From Podarcis bocagei (Eukaryota): 64,000 nt of DNA. Location of the stretch: NCBI GenBank assembly GCA_964188305.1, contig OZ076896.1; one strand, given 5' to 3'. Both the position numbers and the translations under genes were made by a program. Below the pieces are notes generated by a model. It saw only the letters and a list, made by a program, of their open reading frames with translations. It was not told the origin of the DNA and did no database searches. Position 1 is the first letter of the stretch; each line of letters starts with the position of its first letter. Shown here in pieces: positions 49,001-62,285 of this stretch.

Positions 49001-50243
49001 TATGTCTGATTAGTTAAAATAGAAGACTGGGTCACATAGACATACTCTTGGGATCCCAAAACGTTGCCGCCAAAAGCAGCTTTTTCCTGGTGTTCCAGCC
49101 CAAGACAGGGCTGGCAAAACCAGCTTTCCAAATGAGCGGCAATGCTTTGTTGGCACAGTTGTTCCTCTGCTTGAAATAAAGAAAAATACTTATGCCATGT
49201 AGATAATCCCATAATTATGGTACCATTTACAGTATGAGTTACATTCTTTGACCCTTGTGCAAATTCTGTTGGAGGAATGTTAAATGTTGGCAATCAAACT
49301 CAGTGTTGCCACGTTCCAAAAACATATTGGCAACTGCAGCAATTTTCTCTTCCTGCTATGCATATATGAGTGTAAGTTGCATTTGAACTCCACAATAAAC
49401 CATGGTTCATTATAATGGAAATAAACCTAGTTAAGCCTAGGTCTTTCATCCTCCGCACTCTTCCTACCTACAATGTGGTCACACGGACTTTGGAATCTTT
49501 CACTTCTGCTTTTGATTAACTGTACCCTGTTGCCTTGTCTGAACCTGACAAGCTGTGGTTAATCATAACTATGGTTTGTTTGAAACAAACCTACTTCAAG
49601 ATTACACGAGTAAGGCTTGAATTCCTAGCTGCCTTGCTGAATATTTGTGACCAAGAAATATCCATGCAGTTCATCCCTAGATCATTCTTAGGTTGACTCT
49701 GCCTAATTTGGCATTCTCAAGGATCAGTAGCTATAAACATTATCATGGGAACATTTTATTTACATTGTGTAAAAATGTGACCTCAGAATCACTGCAACCA
49801 TCAGCCTTACTGATTTGAAATGGCATTTCCCTGACAACAGTTTTCATGATAACCACTTGTTCAAAGTGCAGCCAAATGACGATGTCAGCATTCAACTATG
49901 TCCAATGCAGTAATGGAAAACTAACAATATAGGGGCTATATCTGTACTTATGAGAATGAGTCAGCATAAGCATCACCTTAGCAAAGTGTTTCTCAAACAG
50001 TGGGGCAAGACCCACCAACGGGCCTTGGGCCACTTTCAGTACCACAGCCTGCGCTGTCCCCTAGTCATACTATAGGATAGGCCAGTGCCAACACTGGCGT
50101 ATTTAGTTAAGGTGGCCTTTAGATCTATTACCAGCTACCAAGTTAAGAGCAACTGAAGTTGGAGGAGGAGGCCATTCAGAGCAGAGAGCAAGATGGGTGA
50201 ACAGTAGGCCTGGAATTTACAGTTGTGATTAGAATTTACAGCT

Positions 50244-50416
50244 GCGGCGCCCTCCCATCAGATGTCAAGGAAATAAACAACTATCTAACTTTTAGAAGAC
50301 CCCTGAAGGCAGCCCTGTTTAGGGAAGTTTTTAATGTTTGATGTTTTATTTTATTTTTAATATTTTGTTGGAAGCTGCCCAGGGTGGCTGGGGAAACCCA
50401 GCCAGATGGGTGGGGT

Positions 50417-50502
<86 letters not shown>
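50244..50502 (+). mobile_element. L2 3' fragment with long (AAT)n tail
   Basis: Homologous to 10410-10590 (cgccctcccatcagatgtcaag...cagccagatggg). Confidence 0.88.
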
Positions 50503-50503
<1 letters not shown>

Positions 50504-51602
50504 TAATTACTAATGCATATGCTACATTGTGCCCTACACAATGGTTAAGACAGTCTTGGCATCTGTTCCTTCTTCCTAATAAGGAAGGGAAAACTCCTAG
50601 CAAGCAGGAGAAGACTACACCCATCCTTAGTTCTCTCTAAAATATAATTTGTAACATAATGCATACAATAGTTATTATACTTAGCAATGTACAGACAGAC
50701 ATTGTTGCTGTCTGCCTTTAATTAGGGAATTTGTTTCCCCCTGAAGACTCACCAAAGCCTGAGTTTGAACATCTTCTGGAAATGAAGTAAGGCATCATTC
50801 AGTCTGGTTTTCACTTTCTAGAGATAGGGAGTGTGTTATTGTGATTTTTATGACTGACATATTGTTACCCGCCGAAATATTTGTGATGGGGTGGTGTAAC
50901 AGGTTGTAAATAAAATAAATGAATCATATAAAACATTAGTTCTCATATATCTATTTCAACTGACTGTTCTTTTAAAGCCAACATTTAAAATGTTCCTGGC
51001 TCCCATCCATTGTGGGAGGGTCCCTAGCAGAGCTCTTCTGGGCTAAACATATTCCAGAAAATTCTCACAGATACTGTTTTGAGGCATGTGAGAATTTGTT
51101 TGTTGCTATCTGTTTATTCCTTGGTAATTGTTAAAGGGGCATTTGTCTCCTGTTCTCACCCATGTCCTTTCCTAAAATGAAAACAATCCACCTTCATTCT
51201 CCATCAATACAATTCTGTACATTTTGCACTAGTTAATATGTGAATGCTCAGCTGCAGCTTATTACACTTTTCCTTTTCCTTGGCACACAATTCTCTTTAC
51301 AGTTCTTGTAGCTACAGCCGTCTCCAATTTTTCCTTCCATGCATATAATCTGAGGCTGGTTGCCATGGACCTGCATCTCAGGCCAAGCTTTGTTCTGGGA
51401 AGAAGCCACACCCTAATCTCTTCCTAAAACTGATTTTAGGACATTTACGTACTTACCATTTGCTTCCCATGCTGATTGCTTCCCCCACTTATACAGTCAT
51501 TAGGGTTGCAAGTTTTACTCATTTGAATCCTGTTTACTCAGCAGTAAATCAAATGCAGCTTATTCAAAAAGAAAAATGAAAAGTATGCACAGGACTGCAG
51601 GA

Positions 51603-52138
51603 TGTCAAGGACTGGCAGGGCTCTGACAAGTGTGTGACAGGTTAGGGGGCTGGAGGCTGACCCAGGAGAGGGGCCAGTGATTTATGGGTTTTAGTGCCAC
51701 TTGAGAGGCAGGAGCCAGGGGGAAAGGGAAGGGTCTGAGCAGTCAGAGACAAAGGTGGGGACACAGAATGTGTCAGAAGCAGACGAAAAGTCTATTCAGG
51801 CAAGGGGTGGGCTGGTCGAATCCCCACCATACCCAGCCCACTGTCTCCTAGAACCACAAGGGGCTTCATGCAGGAAAAGTCTCATTGGACCGGGGGGGGG
51901 GGGGAGGCCAGGGCGTGTGGGGAGGCTGCACCCAACTGCCTCGCCAGGCACAAACCTGGAAAAGTTAACACCAGCTACCTAGATTCTAGAGGCATGTGCG
52001 CATTTGTGTCATTAGGAGCTGCTGTGTGTACTTTCATAAATAAAGAACTAACTATCGGCCATTTGCCTTCCTTAGCTGGGTGTGCACAGGACAGAGCCTT
52101 TCTCAGCTAACCTTTTAAATGCAGATTTGGTCCTGATA
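51603..52138 (+). mobile_element. Degenerate solo LTR (~536 bp) with an acidic/PLSPR coding remnant
   Basis: TGTCAAGG...CCTGATA termini and AATAAA at 52039-52044. PLSPRTTR is encoded at 51838-51861. TSD only partly conserved. Confidence 0.6.
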
Positions 52139-52455
52139 CAACATAGTGGCTTTGAGGGTGTGGAATATGTCAGACAACTAAGAACATAATAATTTTCCTG
52201 GTATGTATGTATATGTATGTATGTATGCATGCCTGTATGTATATTTGTTTGTTTATTTCCCACCCATTACCACAAGGGCCCAAGGCAGGTTACAACAATT
52301 TTAAAATCCAATAAAAAAATAGTTAAAACAATCAAGACAATAAGGTGGGTTCTAAAATATAGACTCAGGTGTCAAAGGCAGTTGATATAAAGGTGCATCT
52401 TCAGCATATAATGAAAGCTACTCAATGAAGGGGCCTGTTGTAAGTTCTATAGATC

Positions 52456-53446
52456 TGTCATGGAGAGGTTGGTGAGATGATAAGGAGGAATGGAAAGAGT
52501 TTGAAGAATTGGAAGAGACTGGCCCAGGGAGAGAACCTGGGACTCCAAGAGGAGTCTGACCTCAGACCCTGCAAGGATCCCAGAAAACCAGAAGATTCCT
52601 TTTCTCCCATGAGAGCACAGCAGCCATTTCGGGTACTGTGTTCTTGAGCAATTTTATGCAGAGAACTTGCCCTGGAATAAGCACATTTGGGGGGCTATGG
52701 TCTCAAATGGTACCCAAAAACATGAGTTTTCAGGCACCATGAGACCACAGCCCCCCTCAAGTGCTTTATTTAGGACTGCATGCATTTTTGGGAACTGGGA
52801 GAGCACAGCCCCGAAAAAGCATGTATTTTGGCCTCCGTGATCTCATACGTGTCACGCAACTTATGCAGGAACACAGATGGGAAGACGTGCATCCTGGTTT
52901 GGGGACTCAACATGTTGGAGGATATGTGACTTGGGGAGAGTCACAGAGGATTGGGAGATAGAGTTCAGGAAGTGCCTACTGGCTTGCCAGAGGACAGGCC
53001 CACTTGTACGATATTGAACAACTGTGGAAGTGGCTCTGGCACCTTCCCCTGTCAATGAAGAGCCTCCCTCTTCATAGAGGCACCCGGGGATAGGTCTGGC
53101 TATGAGCTGGCCGAGTCATCTCTGCCTCCATCTGAAAGGATGTAGAGATGACAGTGCCCGTGTGAGTTGACCATGCATGCCCAACCACTATGGAGGAGTT
53201 CCCATTTGCTTGACTAGTCTTAAGGCTCATGAGTCAATCATGCCAAAAAGCTGTGCTTGCTCTACTCTTCGAAGGGAGAGTGCAGGGGGCCTGTCAAGTG
53301 TTGAATCAACATCTTAGCTAAGCATAGCCATATTTTACCTGTTTGTACACATGCTGGGATGCTTACCGACTTCATCAATAAAACTTTGAAATCCTCCAGT
53401 TGTGGTAATGGTTCAAATTCTGAGTCCTAGTGGGTGTGCCAGGACA
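52456..53446 (+). mobile_element. Probable old solo LTR inside an L2 remnant, containing a palindromic insert
   Basis: TGTCA...GGACA termini and AATAAA at 53377-53382. Acidic start (DKEEWKEFEELEE). No TSD recognised. Confidence 0.45.
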
Positions 53447-54096
53447 GTGCCAGGTGCCCCCCTGTAGAGAAGGAATGCTGCTACAGATAATTCCCTTTCC
53501 CTTCAAATGAATGCGGACGATGGAACTACCAAGGAGCCCCCCCCCCGCCAATCTAAACACACAAGTGTCTGAAGGGAATGAGACTTTTTCAGATAATTAG
53601 GGCCCAAGTCATATGCAAAAACCATGAATTGGGCCCCCAAACAAACAGGCAACCAATGCAGCTGTTTCAAAACAGGATTTTGTGAGTTCTAAATGGAACC
53701 CCGCCAGTAATTTGGCTGCTGCATTCTGGCAAAATCTTCTTGAGTCATCACACATCCTTTTTCAGACTGACTGAGTTCAGAAATAGGTTATAGATGTTCC
53801 TCAAAAATCCAGATGGCATAGCTGCAAGCAATACAGTGTCTTTCAAGTGGTCAATAGGTGACAGATGTCAGACAATATTATAGATTTCTCAAGGGAACGT
53901 CTTTTTTCTTTTTTCTTTTAAAATGATGCCAGGAATAATACCCTTCCCTTGCTGGAAAATGGTGATGGCACAAGATTATAAAAAGGTATGGGAATCCAGA
54001 TATTTATAGGGAGAGGATATAAGGAAGCAGACTTTCTCTCCCAGCACCCTGACTTTTGAAATTCCTTGTGAAAAAAGCTTATATTTTAATTTTTCC

Positions 54097-54169
54097 ATTA
54101 TTCTATTGATCAGTCTTTTAGGAAAACTTCTATTATTATTTTATTGATCAGTCTTTTAGGAAAACTTCT
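54097..54169. repeat. 38-bp local tandem duplication
   Basis: attattYtattgatcagtcttttaggaaaacttct occurs twice. Confidence 0.9.
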
Positions 54170-57100
54170 CAAGACTATTGGCATGATACCTATACGTAGG
54201 TGCACATGAAATGGCAAAAAAAAAACCTTTTAGGACTGATAGGTGTATGCATTCTACTCTTTTTCTATACAGTAATGTCATCTGTCTCTTCCTGCTGTAC
54301 TGTGAATATGCTTTGGATATGCTGATGACATTAAGTTCTCTGGAGAGAGGGTCAGTGGATGCTGGGGGTAAGGGGGACTTAGGTTTTTTTAGTTCTCTGA
54401 ATACTGTAAGGTGATATTATGTATTTTTTGTTTGTTTGTTTTCTGAATCTCTCTCTCTCTATATATGTGGAGAAGAAAAACACCATCAACTGCTCTCCCC
54501 CCCCCACCCCTCCCAAATCTCTCATGCCCATGCCAGCCAAGCTCCAAACTCTTTTTTTAAACAAAAATTTCAAATAATTAAAAAATAAGTTAGGGAGATG
54601 GTGAAAGCAAAAGTTATTTTGTGGGGTTTAGTACGTGCACAGAAGATTCCTGTTTGGCACCTGTCATGTCCAAATGGTCTGACTCAGTATAAGACAACTT
54701 CCTATAGTCCTATGTGCCTAAGTAGGGTCAGCTGACACTAGTAAAAGGTGCTTTGAGGCCACCTGGAGCTCAAGCCTAGAAGCACCCCTACATTTCAAGC
54801 CTACTCCTTTAAGGGGGAATAAAACCTCTTTCAAAGCAAGTCGAACACCACCTAACTGGGCAGAGAAGCCATTTATAAATTGTACTTCTGTCTATGATTG
54901 GCCCTCATCCAGTCCATGACCATTAGTTTTACTAAATACTTCCTTCATAGTTCCCCTACCACAGAGCGTTGCCTCTTTGGCCACCAGCTACATACAGTAG
55001 CTACTCATTTTGGTTTAGATGTGGTAAGTCGGGAAATGTTGTCATGCTTCCCTTAAAAACCCTTTTCTTATAGGCCTGCATTTGTCAAACGTATAAAATA
55101 GCAAATCTGCCATGGTCTAATTTTAGTAGCTTGTAGCATTTGCCAATGGTTTGCTCAGTCTTCCCCATTCGGTAAGCTAGGAAATAACTCTTGTAACCAT
55201 GGGTTTCTTCCCAATGGAAAACATTGCTTTTCTTCTGGAAACTATTATTGCTGTGAGCAGAGTGCCAGTAAGATTCCATGGCTTTTATCCTAAAGTCCGG
55301 GGCTTAATTTGAGTGAGGGCTCACCAAGGTTCATTCTCAGGCTCCCTTTGAAATGCTGAGTCCCAGGCGACAACATAAAAAGTATCTGCTTTGAGCTTCC
55401 GTTTATGCAGTGGTGCCACCAGGGAAGAAGCCCAGAGCCCCACTTGGTGAAATGAGTCAGAGGTCTTCAAGCAGGGCTGACTTATCACACTATGAAAGAA
55501 TACACACACTACCATCTAAAATAGGAGAGAGGCAACGCCAGGCCAGAACATGATGTTTTGCTGATGTACAGTCAAATGTATACAGTTCAACACTTTCTCC
55601 CCAAACACAGTGAGAATAGGTCACTGTAAGAATATATGTTTCAAATAGGCATTATCCTTTATTACATCTTCAACGACAATCTGCGTTAGACAGTCCTTTT
55701 ATATACAAACGCAATGGAGTCCAATAGATTCTAAATATTATTTCAAATGTGATTCATGGTCTTGTGATAAATTGCCTAGGTAGAGTCCTTTGGGTCAAAC
55801 AGAAGGGCCTGCGGGCACATTTGGTTCCTGGGCTTGAGATTTCTCACTCCTGCTATTTATTGACACTGTCCACAAATCTATCAATAGCTGTTAGCCATAA
55901 TAGTAAAATAGGACCTTCTTGTTCAGAGGCAGCAAACCTCTGCACACCGCTCGGGTCCCAGCAAATCAGAAGGGTTCTTGTCTTCCTACCCTAGTTTTTG
56001 GACCCAGAAGTATCTGGCTGGTTATTGTTGGAAACAGCATTCTGAAGGAAGTACGGTAGCTGAATCCTCAATCCAATCTTGTGGGGCTTGTCTTATGTCC
56101 TCGTATACTCAGAGTAAAACCAAGCATGCAACACTTTCAGAGGTTTCGTCACAAGAAATTCAGCAGCTGCAAAGGCTTCAGATTACAAAGTTCCACAATC
56201 ACCCTAGAGCTTCAGGGCTAATGTCTGGGAGGATCTCTTAATTCCTTGCTATGTATGTAATTCTCTCTTTTATCTAGTATACAATTATGGGTCTTCCTGC
56301 GGAAAAAGAGAATCATCCACTCTTCAGCACAACCCTACTGTGGAGCTGTGAAGTTACAGCACCAATGAGATTAGATGCCAGAAGAAGACGAAAACGTTCT
56401 CATGCATGCAGGCAAAATTAATTAAGGGTTTAATTTTTATTGTATCATTCCACGCTCCCCTTCATTCCAACACTTTTGACTTCTACTAGCCTTTGGCTTG
56501 TGGAGAACTATGTGGAAATGGTGGAAAGAGGAATACATTTGGCAAGCCTCAAAAATGACCATGGCTCCTAGGAGCTTCCCTCCCTGAGCCAAGGGAGGTC
56601 AACAAGGGATCAATATCAGCTTCAAGGTGGAGCTGATTTTCACCAGGACTGCAGCACAAAGGGAAAGGCCTTTTCCATTTTATTGAAATAGTTTATTTTT
56701 TAATTAAGTGGCATATAAATCTTGCTAATTTTTTTTAAAGTGTCATAGAAAGACCCATTCCTACTTTTTGCGTGGCCTTTTCAAGACAGCCACTGAAGAT
56801 TTTAGGTATTGGGGATATTTTCATAAGAGGGGATTCTGAAAGATCCAAATCCCAACTTATGGATACTTACAAAATTAAAAACGCTGGTGTGTTTTTAGAG
56901 CATCTGTGGCAACTGGAGACTATAACAATATTTTGATTACAAGAAGCACTTAGAGATTCAGTGACCACAGAATGTCATCCCTGAACGTTAGAAGGAGAAG
57001 CCCAACAAACGTTAGTCACCAATGCAGCTGAAAGAGCTATTTGCATCTCAGTGGCACCATAATAATTACCTTGCCAATTTGTTTAATGCTTAGAACTGGG

Positions 57101-58355
57101 TGTACCTCACAATCTTGATTAAAGCTGAGTGCAGATAATGGATTAATCAGCATAAGGGAGCTTAATGGAAATGGCCTCGGGAGAGCACCAGGCACTGTGT
57201 GTCTTTTCATGCACAGTGGCCTAACACTGCCCTGTCTGTGTCTCACCATGCGTCATGCATATCTCTGTCACACGCAGCAATGTCACATCCCCTCCTTGCT
57301 CACACCCACGCAGACAGGTGCATTGTTATGGGGCACAGGCAGGTTAAATACTTTCCCCCCAGGGTCACATTATGCATGAATGCCACCCTGAATCATAATC
57401 ACAGCCACAAACTCTACTCTTGTTCTGTTAATTACAAGCTGGGTTTTCTTTCCTGCCTTGCCTAAATATTACAGCACAGTGTTGTTGCCAGTGTTAGTCC
57501 ACCTCAGAGAACACCCGTTGAAAGTAATGGGCATATGAGGCACACTCATTTAATTTATTAATTTATGAAAATATATGTATATGCCACTGAATCATAAAAA
57601 TATATCAAAGCAGTTTACAACATTCAAAAGATTAAAAAAACCCATACAATAAAAGTGTAAAAATTTAAAAACAGTTGAAAAGCAAAAAAAGTTTTAATAG
57701 GTTTAAGTCTGAGTAAAAATTGGATTACAACTCAGCTTTTAAAAGGGCAAAATGTCTGAAATGGATTGGCTCAGTTCATTAAATGTTCCAGTTAATATGA
57801 ATCTTAACCTTTCACATACCATGAAAATAAGGGTTTCTAGAACTCTGTGTCAATATTTTATTGTGCATTAGGCTGGTGCATTAGGTTGAAGTGGGCACTG
57901 CCCTACCAACCTCAGTCTGCCCTTAGCCAGCTCCCACCTGCCTGCTGTCTTTCTTACTACCAGCCAGGGGTTGTCTCTGCCTGACATTGCCTTTAGTTCT
58001 GTCTACTGTTGGTCTCCCTGCCTTCTGTCTTATCAGTCCCAATGGGTACCTGCCACCGTTGAGCAGCTCCTGTGACAGGTTTTTCTCTTCCCAGTTGTAT
58101 CATTTAGGGTTGCATCCAATGCTTGTCCTACTCAGCACAGACCCATTGAAATTAATCACTATGACTGACTTCTTTCCATTAATTTAAATGGGCCTACTCC
58201 AAGTAAAACCTAGGACACATTCCCACCATACGTTTAAATCACCGTGATGCCACTTTAAATAGTCATGGCTCCCCTAACAACTCTCAGCATCCTTCACAAA
58301 CTACAGCCCCCCTAATTCGGGGGGGGGGTATAGTTTGTTAAGGGTGCTGAGAGTT

Positions 58356-58710
58356 GGTAAAGGTAAAGGGACCCCTGACCATTAGGTCCAGTCGTGGCTG
58401 ACTCTGGGGTTGCAGCGCTCATCTCGCTTTATTGGCTGAGGCAGCCGGCGTACAGCTTCCGGGTCATGTGGCCAGCAGGACTAAGCCGCTTCTGGCGAAA
58501 CAGAGCAGCACACGGAAACGCCGTTTACCTTCCTGTCGGAGCGGTACCTATTTATCTACTTGTACTTTGACGTGCTTTCGAACTGTTAGGTTGGCAGGAG
58601 CTGGGACCGAGCAACGGGAGCTCACCCTGTCATGGGGATTCAAACTGCTCACCTTCTGATTGGCAAGTCGTAGGCTCTGTGGTTTAACCCACAGCGCCAC
58701 CCGTGTCCCT
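58356..58710 (-). mobile_element. Sauria SINE
   Basis: Homologous to the 18345 copy. Confidence 0.9.
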
Positions 58711-60273
58711 CTGAGGGGGATCCTATTGCCCTCAAGGAGCTACAATTCCCAGAGTTTCCTGAGAAAAAAGGTGGACTTAAACTATATTAGAAAGTTCTTC
58801 CTAATGTTTAGTTGGATTCTCCTGTTTAGTAAGTTGAATCTATTGGTTTGGGTCCTACCATCTGCAGCAGCAGAAAACAACCTTGCTCCACCTTCCATGT
58901 GACAGCCCTTCAGATATTTGAAGATAGTCTTCCCCCAACCATTCCTAATAAGGCTTGATTTTCAGACCCTTTGCCAATTTGGTTGTTCTCCTTTGTACAC
59001 ATTCCCACTTGAGGCCCTCCACCGAGCATGTGGCCCTGGCAAATGCCCACCTTGCCAACCTCAGTGGCCATCCTTATGTTCTCAAAACTCTTATTTTACA
59101 GAGCATCGCTTAAGGCAATTAAGAAACAGGAAAAACCTAAGTAGCTCAGATAACAACCTTGCCTCAGTGCCAATTTAAAGTAGGCGTATTTTTGTTTGTA
59201 TGTTTGTTAATGGGCAGAGAGTGAAAAGTATACTAGGGGGGAAAATCAAGAGGAGAGAATAATGCAGAGGAAAAACAGGAAGATTTAGTTCACATTTTTT
59301 TTGCTAAACATTGCACAAAAAAGCAACTGTGGAAGGAAATGGATTTCTTCTCTCTGTGTTATCTGTTTATATATGAAACAGTGTGAACATTTGTGACCTA
59401 GTGTCAGGGAAGGAAATGTCCATGATCTTGAGTATACGCTCCTAAGTTATTTTTGATTCTGCCAGTTCTAAAACTATAACAAACAGAACAAGGAGGAAAA
59501 ATAAATCCAGGCGAAAGAAAATTCAGAGAAACCCACCATCCTTCCATTTCACACAGAACCGCAGGACTCAATCTGCAATTTGGCTAAAGGCAGGCACTGG
59601 GTGAATAATGAACATGTTAACAAGGAATGAATCATTCATTTGATGAAAAAATGTCTATATTGATTGGATAAATTATTCACAATGAATAATTCACCCATTA
59701 CCTTAGTTGAAGCCCAGGGCCATTGCAGCAGAAGACTGTTTCAGAAAACTCATTTCTCAAGTCAATGTAAACGAAATAACCTTTTCATCTAATTATTATG
59801 CATCTAATACAACAGCTATTGGCTGCCTGGTACATCCCTGATGTTTTGGACTACAACTCCCATTAGCCCAACCAGCATGATCATGGCTGCGGCTAGAGTA
59901 AACCAAGGCTCTGCCCTACTGGCTGGTGAAAATGGGCCAGCCAAAGTAAGAAATCAGAATGCAGAAACATTGAGGGGTTTTTTTGGGGGGGGATTGTTGT
60001 CTAATGTTCCTCTAAGAAACCTGGCCAGATCCTGGTGATCCTAATCAAAGTTTCAAGAGCAAATTCTGCATATTTCACAGGCCACAAGCTACTTTCAAAT
60101 CCCACCTGCACAACAGCAGTAGCATCACTGAAAGACCAGGGAAGAGTCAAACAATTGGTTAAATAACATAAGAACAACTTCCTGGATCAAGCAAATGGCC
60201 CATCTAGTCCAGCATTCTGTTGTCACAGTGGCCACTCAGGTGACTATATGGGAAGCCTGCAAGCAGGACCTGC

Positions 60274-62285
60274 TATCAGGCTTTGGGGAAGTGGCTTCCT
60301 CTTTCCCTTTGGCCGTGGATAAGCAGAACAAAGCAAAAATAGTCTCTTACCATTTAAAGAGATTTTAATGATCACAGCGAAAGAACAAAGAGTCCATTCT
60401 TGGAGTAAAGGTGCTCCCAATTAAGGTTAACACCCACTTCCCCCAAGTCACCTTCATCACTTCCTTGTCTTGCAACCTGATCTCGCAACCACTGTGCCTT
60501 CCGTGCAGCTACCTTATCTAATCTCCTTGACCTTGGACTGAGTGGCTGGACACTTTCCAGCAAACCAGAGTGTTGTTGTTTAGTCGTTTAGTCGTGTCCG
60601 ACTCTTCGTGACCCCATGGACCAGAGCACGCCAGGCACTCCTGTCTTCCACTGCCTCCCACAGTTTGGTCAGGCTCATGTTTGTAGCTTCGAGAACACCG
60701 TCCAACCATCTTGTCCTCTGTCGTCCCCTTCTCCTTGTGCCCTCCATCTTTCCCAACATCAGGGTCTTTTCCAGGGAGTCTTCTCTTCTCATGAGGTAGC
60801 CAAAGTATTGGAGCCTCAACTTCACGATCTGCCCTTCCAGTGAGCACTCAGGGCTGATTTCCTTAAGAATGGATACGTTTGATCTTCTTGCAGTCCATGG
60901 GACTCTCAAGAGTCTCCTCCAGCACCATAATTCAAAAGTATCAATTCTTCGGCGATCAGCCTTCTTTATGGTCCAGCTCTCACTTCTATACATCACTACT
61001 GGGAAAACCATGGCTTTAACTATACGGACCTTTGTTGGCAAGGTGATGTCTCTGCTTTTTAGGATGCTGTCTAGGTTTGCCATCACCTTTCTCCCAAGGA
61101 GCAGGAGTCTTTTAATTTTGTGGCTGCTTTGACCATCTGCAGTGATCATGGAGCCCAAAAAAGTAAAATCTCTCACTGCCTCCATTTCTTCCCCTTCTAT
61201 TTGCCAGGAGGTGATGGGACCAGTAGCCATGATATTCGTTTTTTTTGATGTTGAGTTTCAGACCATATTTTGCGTTCTCCTCTTTCACTCTCATTAAAAG
61301 GTTCTTTAATTCCGCCTCACTTTCTGCCATAAAGGTTGTGTCACCTGCATATCTGAGGTTGTTGATATTTCTTCCGGCGATCTTAATTCCGGCTTGGGAT
61401 TCATCCAGTCCAGCTTTTCGCATGATGAATTCTGCATATAAGTTAAATAACCAGGGAGACAGTATACAGCCTTGCCGTACTCCTTTCCCAATTTTGAACC
61501 AATCGGTTGTTCCATATCCAGTTCTAACTGTAGTTTCTTGTCCCACATAGATATTTCTCAGGAGATAGATGAGGTGATCAGGCACTCCCATTTCTTTAAG
61601 AACTTGCCATAGTTTGCTGTGGTCGACACAGTCAAAGGCATTTGCATAGTCAATGAAGCAGAAGTAGATGTCTTTCTGGAACTCTCTAGCTTTCTCCATA
61701 ATCCAGCGCATGTTTGCAATTTGGTCTCTGGTTCCTCTGCCCCTTCGAAATCCAGCTTGCACTTCTGGGAGTTCTCGGTCCACATACTGCTTAAGCCTGC
61801 CTTGTAGAATTTTAAGCATAACCTTGCTAGCATTTGAAATGAGTGAAATTGTGCGGTAGTTGGAGCATTCTTTGGCACTGCCCTTCTTTGGGATAGGGAT
61901 GTAGACTGATCTTCTCCAATCCTCTGGCCACTGCTGAGTTTTCCAAATTTGCTGGCATATTGAGTGTAGCACCTTGACAGCATCACCGTTTAAAATTTTA
62001 AATAGTTCAGCTGGAATATCATCACTTCCACTGGCCAGAGTACCAGCGGTATGTTAACATACCGGAGTATGTTAACTCTATTTCTCCTGGTTCTTCTTCT
62101 CCCAGCTGTTTACCACCCAGTTCTTCCCAACTTTTTTCTTCTGAACTACCGGTATGTCCCTCTGCGAACCAGTGCTCCAAATCTATACTGTCCCACTGTT
62201 TCTGGGAATATTCAGGATCCTGACCAGGAGCAGGGGGAAGGGGAGGTTCCCACCATTCCTCATCTGTGCAGCACAATCCCTGATA
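60274..62285 (-). mobile_element. Solo LTR (~540 bp once BovB is removed)
   Basis: TATCAGG...CCTGATA inverted termini. The flanks CCTGC/TCTGA are each one change from the CR1 target CCTGA. - strand ATTAAA at 60364-60369. Confidence 0.75.
60572..62035 (-). mobile_element. RTE-BovB LINE, 5'-truncated (~1.46 kb), RT region inactivated
   Basis: RT motifs PIPKKG...NYRTISL...QAGFR...FIDY..AFDCV...GVRQGCILSP.LFNLY...YAGD, then FTFLGS...ESWT...ELWCWRRLLRVPW. Has a (CAA)n tail and TSD CCAGAGT (60565-60571 and 62035-62041). One frameshift near 61240. Confidence 0.96.
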
